A stretch of DNA of 30,654 bases from Pseudomonadota bacterium (GTDB lineage: Bacteria > Desulfobacterota > Desulfomonilia > Desulfomonilales > Desulfomonilaceae). The stretch spans positions 1 to 30,654 of the forward strand of contig JAZDOF010000888.1 in NCBI GenBank assembly GCA_043799015.1, written 5' to 3'. Within the stretch, counting starts at the first letter, position 1, and every line of letters starts with the position of its first letter. Positions 7,107-15,855 of this stretch are shown piece by piece. The notes beneath the pieces were generated by a model. That model made no database searches. It was not told the origin of the DNA and was given only the letters and a program-made list of their open reading frames with translations. A program made the translations under genes and the position numbers.

Positions 7107-7125
7107 GCCCTGAAAAGGATTTGAG

Positions 7126-7338
7126 ATGGCTACGGACGCTGAAAAACTCGCACTCTACGAAGCCGCATTAGTCGATAGCCTCACGACGGGTCAACGAGTG
7201 GAAGTGGACGGGCGCGTATATATGCCTCACGATATCGAGAAGCTCGAAAAGCTCATCGACTACTACCGGCAGCGCACAAACGGCGCCTCCACCAATATCT
7301 TCGACCGCTCCAAAATAGGCATTCCATACAGGGGATAG
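7126..7338 (+). CDS. Head completion protein (gpW-like)
   Basis: 70 aa between terL and portal. The helix-hairpin-helix pattern GQRVEVDGRVY...DIEKLEKLIDYYR is typical of gpW-like adaptors. Confidence 0.75.
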   Translation: MATDAEKLALYEAALVDSLTTGQRVEVDGRVYMPHDIEKLEKLIDYYRQRTNGASTNIFDRSKIGIPYRG

Positions 7339-7339
7339 G

Positions 7340-8929
7340 ATGGGATTTTTCCGGGACCTTTACAACATCACGCAGCCTGACAAACCGTCGAAATCAACCG
7401 CCGTTGCCCCCTATCGAGCACCACGTGAAGAAATGGCCTACAGCCGCGGCCGCCATATCTCGCGCTCCGGAGCATCCATACTCGGCACAATGTCCAACTG
7501 GATGAGCGGCGTAATCAATGCCCGGATCGCCGAGCGGCAGAAGCGCACCGTGTATGACCGATCATGGGACCTCTACACCAACGACGCCATGAGCCACGGT
7601 CTTATTGAGAGCTTCCTCGTGGAGATCGTAGGGACAGGGCTTACTCCGCAGGCGCAACCCATGCTCCGATGGCTCGGCATGGATAACGCCTGGCAGGAAG
7701 AGTACCAGGCTAAAAACTACGATCTCTTCGAAATTTGGGGCCTGGACGTCCGGAACCTCTGCGATGCTCAGCGGCGCCTGAATATCTACATGATGCAGGC
7801 GCTGGCGCTCTTCTACTGGAAGCTCGACGGGATAGCAGTCTTCCAGGTGGTCACCAAGCCGGACAAGTACCGGCCGCTTTCGCTCTCCATCCTCCCCATA
7901 GATTCATCCCGGCTCGTAACGCCGGTCGATCTGAAATCCCGCGATGATGTCTATGACGGCATCGCACTTGATTCGGACGGCGCTCCGAAATCGGCCTATA
8001 TCCTGAAGACGGGGAAAAGGTCGACGTTATCCGCGCGGGTCGATGACTGCGTGAACGTCCCCATACACGATCCTGACACGGGGCTCCCCAAGCTCCTGCT
8101 CGTGTGCGATGTCCGCAATATCGCCGAGTATCGGCAGGACTCGATTTTGAGCCCGATGATCAAGGAGATCAAGGACAGCAACGATTTGACGGACGCCGCT
8201 ATCGTCAAGACGCTCATCAACAATCTGATTTCTCTCTTCATCGAAGACAAGATGTCCACCGACCGGACGAAGCTTCCCATCGAGGACCGGATGCAAGAAA
8301 TGTCCAAGGGGACGATCCTCTTTGGCGCGGCAGGGGAAGTCCCCCATGAAATCGGCAACGCCACCCCGGGCCCCGGCTACAAGGATGTCAATGAGGCTAT
8401 TGTGGGCAGGCTCGGAATGTCGAGTTGTCGTGGTCCGGAGAGCATCGCCAAGAGCTACAAAGCCTCTTATTCAGCCAGCCAGGCCAACATCGAGAACGCC
8501 GGGAAATATGATGACGTTGAGCGGGCCGTGCTCATCAATCGTTTCTGTCAGCCCATCGAGGTGTGGAAGCAATATGAATCGGCCTTGCGCGGGCTCATCC
8601 CGGTCAAGAACGTCAAACATTTCGCGGAAAATCTCCACGCCTACACGCGCTCCATTTGGTTCCCGCCGAAAGCCCGCCCCATCGATAAGCTCAAGGCGGC
8701 CAAGGCGCGCGAAACCGATCTTGCCAACGGATCAACGACGTACTCCGACATTCACGGCGAACGCTCACAGGATTGGAGGGCAGCTCGTCGGCAACGGGCT
8801 ATCGAGCTCGCCTTTGATATGGAGCTCGAGACCGAGTATGGCATCAAATTCAAGCCGGAAACTGAGCCGCCACAGGGTCAACAACCCGATCAACCCGAGA
8901 ACCAACCCGAAAGGGACGATGACGAATGA
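7340..8929 (+). CDS. Portal protein, lambda family
   Basis: 529 aa. Motifs DLYTND...IVGTGLTPQ, DGIALDSDGAP, SYSASQA and IDKLK, plus gene position. Confidence 0.9.
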   Translation: MGFFRDLYNITQPDKPSKSTAVAPYRAPREEMAYSRGRHISRSGASILGTMSNWMSGVINARIAERQKRTVYDRSWDLYTNDAMSHGLIESFLVEIVGTGLTPQAQPMLRWLGMDNAWQEEYQAKNYDLFEIWGLDVRNLCDAQRRLNIYMMQALALFYWKLDGIAVFQVVTKPDKYRPLSLSILPIDSSRLVTPVDLKSRDDVYDGIALDSDGAPKSAYILKTGKRSTLSARVDDCVNVPIHDPDTGLPKLLLVCDVRNIAEYRQDSILSPMIKEIKDSNDLTDAAIVKTLINNLISLFIEDKMSTDRTKLPIEDRMQEMSKGTILFGAAGEVPHEIGNATPGPGYKDVNEAIVGRLGMSSCRGPESIAKSYKASYSASQANIENAGKYDDVERAVLINRFCQPIEVWKQYESALRGLIPVKNVKHFAENLHAYTRSIWFPPKARPIDKLKAAKARETDLANGSTTYSDIHGERSQDWRAARRQRAIELAFDMELETEYGIKFKPETEPPQGQQPDQPENQPERDDDE

Positions 8930-9966
8930 GCACACTCGAAAGATCCATTGTAACCCTACGCGCACCCATTGAGCTTAAAGGGGAGCCCGGTTCTAAGAAT
9001 CGCCAATTCCGCATTGAGGCATACACAGGGAAAGCGGTTACGTCGTGGTGGGGAAACTTTGTAATCGACATTGCAGGCATCCAGACGAAAGAGAAGGTAC
9101 CCATTCTTCGCGAGCACATGCGGGATAGGATTGTGGGATGGAGCGAAAAGACCGAAAAAAGCCCTAAAGCCATTTCCCTGGCAGGCATATTCAGCAATGC
9201 GACTCCGGACGGGAAGGAAGTGCTCGCTCTCGCCGATGAAGGATTTCCCTGGCAAGCATCCATGGGAATCAAACCACTCCAAATCAAGCTCCTGAAGAAT
9301 GCCGACGAAACGATTGAGGTAAACGGCCGGAAATTCAACGGCCCTATGGAAATATGGACCAAATCCATGCTCGGGGAAACCAGCATGGTGGCCTGGGGTG
9401 CCGACTCGGATACAAGCATGACGCTTCTTTCCGAGGGCGAGAAGCTGTCTGTTGATATCGAAAATTGCATAGAAGGAGCAAAAGTCATGAACATGGAAGA
9501 ACTTAAGGCGCAACATCCGGACCTCTATGGCCAGGTGTTCAAACTGGGAGCCGATTCCGTTCCCCTCGCGGCCGAGATCGCCAAAGCCAAGGCGGAGGGA
9601 GAGCAAGCCGAGCGGACCCGGGTAACGGAAATCATGTCCGCCAAGGGCGACGCTGAAGTCACCCGCAAGGCCATAACGGAAGGACTCACCGCTGAGGCGA
9701 GCTTTAAGCTCTTCTTCCAGGCCGAGAAAACCGGCCGCGAGAAGGCCCTCGCCGATATGCAGGCCGGGCTCTCCGATAGCGCGGGCGGCAGCGGCAAGGA
9801 AAAGCCGAAGGGCGACGCACCCAAGGGGGCCGAGTATCTCACCGCCGTTGACGCCTACCAGAAAGAGCACAACTGCAAGCGCTCCGTGGCGTTGTCCGCC
9901 GTCGCGCGCAAAAACCCCGAGCTGCATGAAGCCTACGTGCTGAGTCAGCAGAAGAAAGGAGAGTAA
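8926..9966 (+). CDS. Prohead protease fused to a C-terminal scaffold domain
   Basis: FRIEAYTG, PILREH..DRIVG, GFPWQASMG and LGETSMVAWGAD fit a caudoviral prohead protease. The C-terminal half is Ala/Glu/Lys-rich. ATGA overlap with portal. Confidence 0.8.
   Translation: MSTLERSIVTLRAPIELKGEPGSKNRQFRIEAYTGKAVTSWWGNFVIDIAGIQTKEKVPILREHMRDRIVGWSEKTEKSPKAISLAGIFSNATPDGKEVLALADEGFPWQASMGIKPLQIKLLKNADETIEVNGRKFNGPMEIWTKSMLGETSMVAWGADSDTSMTLLSEGEKLSVDIENCIEGAKVMNMEELKAQHPDLYGQVFKLGADSVPLAAEIAKAKAEGEQAERTRVTEIMSAKGDAEVTRKAITEGLTAEASFKLFFQAEKTGREKALADMQAGLSDSAGGSGKEKPKGDAPKGAEYLTAVDAYQKEHNCKRSVALSAVARKNPELHEAYVLSQQKKGE
9487..9966 (+). CDS. Nested in-frame scaffold protein (Nu3-like internal start)
   Basis: Internal RBS AAGGAG at 9473-9478, 8 nt before the in-frame ATG 9487 (MNMEELKAQHPDLY...). 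Same arrangement as lambda C/Nu3. Confidence 0.6.
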   Translation: MNMEELKAQHPDLYGQVFKLGADSVPLAAEIAKAKAEGEQAERTRVTEIMSAKGDAEVTRKAITEGLTAEASFKLFFQAEKTGREKALADMQAGLSDSAGGSGKEKPKGDAPKGAEYLTAVDAYQKEHNCKRSVALSAVARKNPELHEAYVLSQQKKGE

Positions 9967-9969
9967 TCC

Positions 9970-10947
9970 ATGCCCGGACAATCCGTACAGAATCCAGGAT
10001 ACAAAACCTTCACCGCCGGGGAGGACATGGTAGCTCACCGCCGGGTCGGTATTAAATCTGGCACGACAACCTGGCCGCCCGAGGTTGAGTATGTTGATGC
10101 AGGCGTGCAGGCTATCGGAATGACGATGAGCGATGTTGACAGCGGTGATCCGGTTGCCATCAGGTTCATGTCGGACAATGGCACGTTTTTGGGTGTGGCC
10201 GCAGACTCTTTCGCGCTCGACGCCACGCTCTACGCGGCGAATAACGGCATGATCTCCGACAGTTCCAGCGGCACGGCCATTGGCAAGGCCCTGGAAGCGG
10301 CAGGCGCGCTAAACGACATTGTGGAATGGATTCCGTTCCCTGTGATCTCCACTACAGCGGCTGCGGTAAGCGTTGCCGATGCCGGGGAATACACTGCCAA
10401 GACCACGGTCGAGGCTGCCATTCAGGAGATTTACGAGGACCTGCTCACGATTTATGGCACGGTCCCCATCCCCCTTGGCGCGATTACCGCCGAGGACGGG
10501 ACCGCGCTGACTAAGCAGGCCACTACCGTTGCCGGTTTTCAGCAGATCGGGAATAAGGAGCTTGTCATTGACATCCCGATCAACGACAACCCTGCAACGG
10601 TCCTCGCCTTCAACACTCCCATGCCGCGTGACTTGGACGATACCGCCGATATTACCGTCAATGTGCTGGTTTCCAAGGCGGCCGACCTGGATACGCTGAC
10701 GCTCGATTGCGAGGTCTTTCCTTGCGCGGCCGGCGACCTCCAGAATACCGACATTCAAGACACCGCCGCTCAAGCCATCGTCGCGGCCGGAACCGTGCTC
10801 CAGTTTACTTGCGGGGCTGACGGTGTACCGGCCACGCCTTGCACTATTACGGGCGTCCTCACCCTGGGCGGAACCAACGACGGCGATGCCGTATACATCC
10901 ACGGCGTTTGGATCGAGTACAAAAAGAAGCTGGTTGGTGTGGCATAG
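9970..10947 (+). CDS. Capsid decoration/cement protein (DUF2190-like) with a roughly 200 aa C-terminal extension
   Basis: TFTAGEDMVAHRRV...AIGKALEAAGALNDIVEWIP. Lies between scaffold and capsid, like lambda D. The extension starts with the fibre-type motif VSVADAGEYTAKTTVEAAIQEI. Confidence 0.75.
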   Translation: MPGQSVQNPGYKTFTAGEDMVAHRRVGIKSGTTTWPPEVEYVDAGVQAIGMTMSDVDSGDPVAIRFMSDNGTFLGVAADSFALDATLYAANNGMISDSSSGTAIGKALEAAGALNDIVEWIPFPVISTTAAAVSVADAGEYTAKTTVEAAIQEIYEDLLTIYGTVPIPLGAITAEDGTALTKQATTVAGFQQIGNKELVIDIPINDNPATVLAFNTPMPRDLDDTADITVNVLVSKAADLDTLTLDCEVFPCAAGDLQNTDIQDTAAQAIVAAGTVLQFTCGADGVPATPCTITGVLTLGGTNDGDAVYIHGVWIEYKKKLVGVA

Positions 10948-10977
10948 CCGCCGATTGGCGAGAAAGGATAGATTGAA

Positions 10978-11985
10978 ATGGCACTGAGACCGACGAGCGA
11001 TACCGCTCTTCAACGTCCCGATCTCGGGCAGATCGCATACGAGATCAACACGGACGCTCCCACCATGGGGTATATCGGCGGGATTGTCTTCCCCGACTTC
11101 CCCGTGCCGGTGAGCTCCATGGAATATCCGGTGATGCCAAAGGAGGCGCTCCTTCAGCTCCTGGACACCTCCAGGGGGCCTTACGGCCACTACAACCGAT
11201 GGGAAGCCGCATTCGAATCCGGTCATTTCAAGACGACCGAGCGCGGACTCGAGGCCAAGAAGGATGACCGATACGCGAAGCTCTACGCGACTCTCTTCGA
11301 TTATGAGGCATCGCTTTCCCGGCTCAATCAGGAGGGTATTCTCCGCAAGAAAGAGTACGACATCGCGGCGAAAGTCTTCAACACGACTCAGTTCACGCCG
11401 AACAACGCCTCGGTTGCGTGGTCCACTGCCGCAACGGCGGCACCCCGGACGGATATCCTGGCGGCCAAGGCCGCCATGCGCGCGCTCGGAGTGGTCCCCA
11501 ACGCCCTGATTATCCCCTATCAGGGGCTTTTATGGCTCCAGAACATGACGGCCGTACAGAGCGCCATTACCAACCTGTTCGCCGATCCGCAGCGTACCGG
11601 GATGATCGAAGTTCGGCACCTGGAGGCGTATCTCGAAATCTCTCAGATTATCGTGGCCGGATCTCAGTACAACAGCGCGCGACGCGGACAATCCGCAACC
11701 ATCGCCGAGATTTGGGGTAGCCGGTACGCTATGCTCGCGCGGATCGCTTCCCCCGGCGATGACATCAAGGAGCCCTGCATCGGCAGAACCTTCCGGTGGA
11801 ACGAAGGCGCGAATGAAGAAATCATCGTCGAGGATTACCGGGATGAGACGGTGCGAGCCGATATCATCCGAAACCGTCATGATGTCGATTACGCCTACAT
11901 CCGAAGCTATGACGACAGCGGGGCCGTTAAATCCGACATATCGGCTGCATCCGGCTACCTCATCGACATGACGGCGGCAACGTAA
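10978..11985 (+). CDS. Major capsid protein (lambda gpE-like)
   Basis: 335 aa, strong RBS AGAAAGGA, head-module position. The pattern VFPDFPVPVSS...WSTAATAAPRTDI...PNALII...IWG is typical of this capsid class. Confidence 0.85.
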   Translation: MALRPTSDTALQRPDLGQIAYEINTDAPTMGYIGGIVFPDFPVPVSSMEYPVMPKEALLQLLDTSRGPYGHYNRWEAAFESGHFKTTERGLEAKKDDRYAKLYATLFDYEASLSRLNQEGILRKKEYDIAAKVFNTTQFTPNNASVAWSTAATAAPRTDILAAKAAMRALGVVPNALIIPYQGLLWLQNMTAVQSAITNLFADPQRTGMIEVRHLEAYLEISQIIVAGSQYNSARRGQSATIAEIWGSRYAMLARIASPGDDIKEPCIGRTFRWNEGANEEIIVEDYRDETVRADIIRNRHDVDYAYIRSYDDSGAVKSDISAASGYLIDMTAAT

Positions 11986-12353
11986 TGGGATTCGCGGAGG
12001 CGGCACAGAAGGCAAACGAGGCGTGGGCGGCCAAGCTCGGCATATCGGCCGTCTACGTCTTGGCCTCCGGAGCCTCGTCCTTCGCCTGCACAATCATCCC
12101 CTCCGGCTTGGTGGAAATAGATGACATGGGCTCCGGATTCGTCCGGGATGTGACTCGATACTACATACTCGCGTCCGAATTGGCGGCGAATTCGATCACG
12201 GAGCCGACTCCGCAGATGGAGCGTCAACCGGGGGACCAAATCACGATCTCGGGGCCGGCCGGGGATGAAAACTGGCTGGTCATCGGATCGAATCGGAGCC
12301 AGGGCATGTTTAGACTCACACTTGAGCGCAACATCAGACCGGTGCCACGATGA
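11985..12353 (+). CDS. Head-tail joining protein (gpFII-like)
   Basis: 122 aa beta-rich protein directly after the capsid gene, with GDQITI...NWLVIG...MFRLTLER. Confidence 0.6.
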   Translation: MGFAEAAQKANEAWAAKLGISAVYVLASGASSFACTIIPSGLVEIDDMGSGFVRDVTRYYILASELAANSITEPTPQMERQPGDQITISGPAGDENWLVIGSNRSQGMFRLTLERNIRPVPR

Positions 12354-12814
12354 GCGATATTTCCGATATTCGAACAGACATCACGGCGAAGCTCACCGCA
12401 GCCGTGGCAGCATTTTCTTCAGCCGTAGCCATAGATAGATGGGCCGGCGAGGAGAAGGCCATCAAAATGGATGCCGTGCCCGCCGTTCTGATCCAATGGA
12501 CCGGGCGAATAACCGAGGAGTCCATGGAGATCGGGGCATCAACGTACATGAGGAGCCCGGTTTTCGTCCTCTACGTCGTGGCCGATGATGTCTCGGGCGG
12601 CGCTTACGGGGACGATATTTGCTCCGATATCCTAGAGCTCGCGGACGCCGCCCTCAACGAGGCGTCGATCACTATCGGCGGCGTTGCGGATGTCGGGATT
12701 TCGCGTCCATATCCCGGTCAATTCTCCGATAAGCTCACCGAGTCCCTTATCGGTGTTCACGCGGGCCGGTATCTGTACGGGCAGGCGTGGTATGTGGAGA
12801 GGTTGGTGTCGTGA
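12350..12814 (+). CDS. Tail terminator/completion protein (gpU/Gp37-like)
   Basis: MSDISDIRTDITAKL, PAVLIQWTG and DILELADAAL, plus position and size. Confidence 0.65.
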   Translation: MSDISDIRTDITAKLTAAVAAFSSAVAIDRWAGEEKAIKMDAVPAVLIQWTGRITEESMEIGASTYMRSPVFVLYVVADDVSGGAYGDDICSDILELADAALNEASITIGGVADVGISRPYPGQFSDKLTESLIGVHAGRYLYGQAWYVERLVS

Positions 12815-13023
12815 TGAAACAGCAGATCATTTCCGACATTCTGGAGAATCTCCAAATCGCTCAAGAGGCACAGGCCCTGGTACAGCAGAAGATCTGGAAT
12901 TTGCGCCATACTGAAAATTTCGAGCGGCACGAGGATGAGGCACTCGGGCACATGATCAGTCACTTGGAAGCCTCGAGTCGGCAACTTACGAGCTTCCGTC
13001 TCGCGATGGAGAGCTATCGATGA
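12814..13023 (+). CDS. Small helical hypothetical protein
   Basis: ATG overlaps the upstream TGA (TGATG), RBS GGAGAGG, 69 aa, ATGA coupling to the next gene. Confidence 0.55.
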   Translation: MKQQIISDILENLQIAQEAQALVQQKIWNLRHTENFERHEDEALGHMISHLEASSRQLTSFRLAMESYR

Positions 13024-13445
13024 CTGTCAGCATCGAAACGGCAGCCCTCGCGGGGCTCTTGATGTTCCTCCTGGGGTTTTTCGGCAACCTGTTGGCCATG
13101 CGAAAGATGTTCGTTTCGAAGCCCGAATTTGTGCTTTACGCGCAATCGCAACTCGCTATCTGGATCCAGCACGACAAGGATTTTACCGAATACAAGCTTT
13201 CCCGTGTACACATTTGGGAGGAACACGAACGAGCTCGAATCGAATTCCGCGAATACATAGACAAGATTTGCGAGGGCAAGCGGGCCGGATGCGCTCCCCT
13301 TAAAAGTAGTTTGGACGATATCAGCAAGGATGTAAATGAGCTGTTCAAGCTGCTTCGGGTGACTCACGGACGACTTGAACGTGTCATAGGCAAGCTGGAA
13401 AACAATGCAAAATGTTACTGGCCACAAGAGGCCGAGGAAGGATGA
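13020..13445 (+). CDS. Membrane-anchored coiled-coil protein (i-spanin- or holin-like)
   Basis: One N-terminal hydrophobic helix AALAGLLMFLLGFFGNLLAM, then a helical region with Cys residues. Confidence 0.55.
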   Translation: MTVSIETAALAGLLMFLLGFFGNLLAMRKMFVSKPEFVLYAQSQLAIWIQHDKDFTEYKLSRVHIWEEHERARIEFREYIDKICEGKRAGCAPLKSSLDDISKDVNELFKLLRVTHGRLERVIGKLENNAKCYWPQEAEEG

Positions 13446-13449
13446 ATCT

Positions 13450-13728
13450 ATGAGACGAGGAAGATTGATCGGTATTATGGCGGTGATGATGGTACTTGTG
13501 GCGTGTCTGGGGCTGATTTTCTCGGTTTCGGGGTGCGCTCCGTTCCGGGTCATTACCGGTGACGCCACTCCTGCCGATTGTGTTGCGACAAAAGCCTATA
13601 TCGATATGTGCAACACGGAGCTGTTCAAGGATAATTTGCCCGCCGGGACTCGATCCTGGTATGAGTTGGCTCTTGCTTCCGCTCAGATTGAGTACGCGAG
13701 TAAATGCGCGGGAGTCATGACAAAATGA
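13450..13728 (+). CDS. Lipoprotein (o-spanin-like)
   Basis: Start moved to ATG 13450 (RBS GAGGAAGG). MRRGR, then a hydrophobic core, then lipobox VSGC. Three further Cys in the mature part. Confidence 0.6.
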   Translation: MRRGRLIGIMAVMMVLVACLGLIFSVSGCAPFRVITGDATPADCVATKAYIDMCNTELFKDNLPAGTRSWYELALASAQIEYASKCAGVMTK

Positions 13729-13958
13729 CGACGGGCTGGAAAACCAACACGGGCGCCGGAATGGTAGCCGTCGGCGGCGTACTGGTCAGCATGGCCGATA
13801 GTTGCCCGCTAACGCATCTGGTCTACTGGATTCGTCTGGTGGGGAGCATCATGGTTGCGCTCGGTGGATCGTTCGCCGTGTACGGTCTCGGAGACAAGAT
13901 CGACCGCGGCAACGTCGCGGCCAAGGCGGATCGTAAGCAGATCCAGAGAGATGAATGA
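13725..13958 (+). CDS. Holin-like small protein with two transmembrane segments
   Basis: ATGA overlap. GWKTNTGAGMVAVGGVLV...LVGSIMVALGGSFAVYGLGDKI, followed by a charged C-terminal tail. Confidence 0.65.
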   Translation: MTTGWKTNTGAGMVAVGGVLVSMADSCPLTHLVYWIRLVGSIMVALGGSFAVYGLGDKIDRGNVAAKADRKQIQRDE

Positions 13959-13993
13959 TATATCGGCACCTGCCGACCGAGAAAGGGGAATAA

Positions 13994-15844
13994 ATGGCTG
14001 ACATAGCACTCGCGCGAGAACAACGGGTTTTTGCGTGCCTGGAAACAACGAAAGGGACTCCGGTATTCCCCTCCGCTGCGGTAGCGGCACAGGGGACGAT
14101 CACCATATCCGGAGGTGTCCCGTCATTGACTGATATTATCACAATCGGGAGTCAAGAATTTGAATTCGTGGCTGCCCGGGGCGGGGCCGGTCAGATAACG
14201 CTTGGTGCCGATGTGGCGGCACAGGGGACTATCACACTGGGCGGGCTCCCGTCGCTTGACGAGACGTTCGTGGTGGACGATCAGACGTTTACGTTCAAGG
14301 CATCGCGCGGCGGAGCGGGAGAAGTGACTCTCGGCGCCAATGCCCCGGCATGTGTGACCAATATCGCCGCAGCCATCGCACTCGACCTGGTGTCAGTTAC
14401 GGCGGCTGATGGATCGGGCGACACGGTTGTCATTACGGCGGCGGCGGCCGGCACCGCTGGTAATGCCCTCGTGCTCACCGAGGCGGCGACAAATATGACC
14501 GTTGACGGTTCCGGCACTCTCGGCGGCACAACGCTGGGCGTCGACGCAGCTCCCGCGACCGTGCTGAATATTGTGGCAGCCATTACCGCCGACATCCCCA
14601 CCGTGGCCACCGCAGCGGACGGCGCCAGTGACACCGTCGTCGTCACGGCAACGCAGGCCGGAGCCGCCGGCAACTCCATTGTCTTCACCGAGAGCGCCGA
14701 TAATCTCACGGTCAATGGTGCCGGGACACTGGGCACGACAACGGCGGGCTCTGACGGCACGGGAACGGAGATAATCTCGGCGGGGTCGGCCTCCATTAAC
14801 CAGCAGCCGAGTTTCACCGATTCGCCCGAGATCCGGAATAGCAGAGACGTGATTGACCGGTTCGTGGATATGTTCCCGGCCGGAGAATGGTCCGTTCCGA
14901 TCCTGTCTCGGCCCAACGGCGCGGGTAATGCCCCCATGGGGGATGTGTTCTTTCAATCCCTGTTCGGGAGCAAGGCCACGAACGCGGGTGTCTCGGTCGT
15001 ATATACGCAGGCGCTCGAGAAACCTTCCTTTACCTTATGGACAAAACGCGGCCACACGGTATTCTTCTTGACCGGCGCCACGGTCGGTAGCGCAAAGCGC
15101 AGTCTTTCCAATAAGGGTCCCGCGCTCTGGGAGATGTCCGGCCAGGGAATGAAGATGGGATGGGCCGGTAAGGGCGCACTGAACGGCGCCGAAGCCGAGG
15201 CGCAAACAGTGATAAGCGTTGCGGACTCCCGCCTCTTTACGGCCAATTCGCGGATCTGGAACGTTACGCAGGATGATGACAATGGCGGCGTCGGCTATAC
15301 GGTATCGGCGCCGACCCGCAGCACGCTCGGCACCACGGACACCATCACTATTTCTCCCGCGGTCCCTGCCGGCGGCTGGGACAATGCGGATGTCATCCAG
15401 GGGTTCCTGCCTACCGGGACCGAAATAGGCGTTCCGTTGGAGAATCGTAAAACCGTGCTCAGCATAGATACCGTGGCGACCACTATCAAGACGCTCAATC
15501 TCACGTTCAATGATCCGGCAAAATACCTCGACGACGAGATCCCTGCCAGCGGCGAGGATTATGTTACCGATTACGTGGAAGACACCCGAAGCATCGAGGG
15601 CGAGATTGGATTGAATTTCCGGAAGGAAAACCTTGCCCACTTTTACGATGCCATCGAAGCCGTGGATACGGCCCTGGAGGTGATCACGGGCACCGTTGCC
15701 GGCTACCGGGAAAAGATCACACTCCCATATTGCAGTAAGGAAGTTCCCAGCGTCGAGGACAACGCCCCGGTTGTGGGCCTCACCATGAAGGTGAAGGCCA
15801 TGGGGTCCGTCGGCGAGGATAGCGCGAGCCTAACTTTCTATTAA
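13994..15844 (+). CDS. Major tail tube protein with inserted decoration domains
   Basis: Core MADIALAREQRVFA, YTQA...PSFTLW, GATVGS and DTRSIEGEIGLNF, followed by the tail chaperone and tape measure genes. Insertions at about 14081-14758 and 15167-15412. Confidence 0.8.
   Translation: MADIALAREQRVFACLETTKGTPVFPSAAVAAQGTITISGGVPSLTDIITIGSQEFEFVAARGGAGQITLGADVAAQGTITLGGLPSLDETFVVDDQTFTFKASRGGAGEVTLGANAPACVTNIAAAIALDLVSVTAADGSGDTVVITAAAAGTAGNALVLTEAATNMTVDGSGTLGGTTLGVDAAPATVLNIVAAITADIPTVATAADGASDTVVVTATQAGAAGNSIVFTESADNLTVNGAGTLGTTTAGSDGTGTEIISAGSASINQQPSFTDSPEIRNSRDVIDRFVDMFPAGEWSVPILSRPNGAGNAPMGDVFFQSLFGSKATNAGVSVVYTQALEKPSFTLWTKRGHTVFFLTGATVGSAKRSLSNKGPALWEMSGQGMKMGWAGKGALNGAEAEAQTVISVADSRLFTANSRIWNVTQDDDNGGVGYTVSAPTRSTLGTTDTITISPAVPAGGWDNADVIQGFLPTGTEIGVPLENRKTVLSIDTVATTIKTLNLTFNDPAKYLDDEIPASGEDYVTDYVEDTRSIEGEIGLNFRKENLAHFYDAIEAVDTALEVITGTVAGYREKITLPYCSKEVPSVEDNAPVVGLTMKVKAMGSVGEDSASLTFY
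14081..14758 (+). repeat. Internal A-A'-B'-B duplication inside the tail tube gene
   Basis: VAAQGTIT...GQITLGAD (aa 30-73) and VAAQGTIT...GEVTLGAN (aa 74-116). APACVTNIAAAI...GTTLGVDA (aa 117-185) and APATVLNIVAAI...TTTAGSDG (aa 186-255). The DNA repeat GTRGCGGCACAGGGGAC occurs at 14081 and 14213. Confidence 0.9.
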
Positions 15845-15855
15845 GACGAGGATTT

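Noticed and set aside
8956-11226. Long minus-strand ORFs (8956-10038, 10309-11226) and similar ones at 3995-4831, 5376-6029, 14281-14937 and 21444-22397
   Set aside because: They are antisense to well-supported structural genes, as expected in GC-rich coding DNA, and have no recognisable domains.
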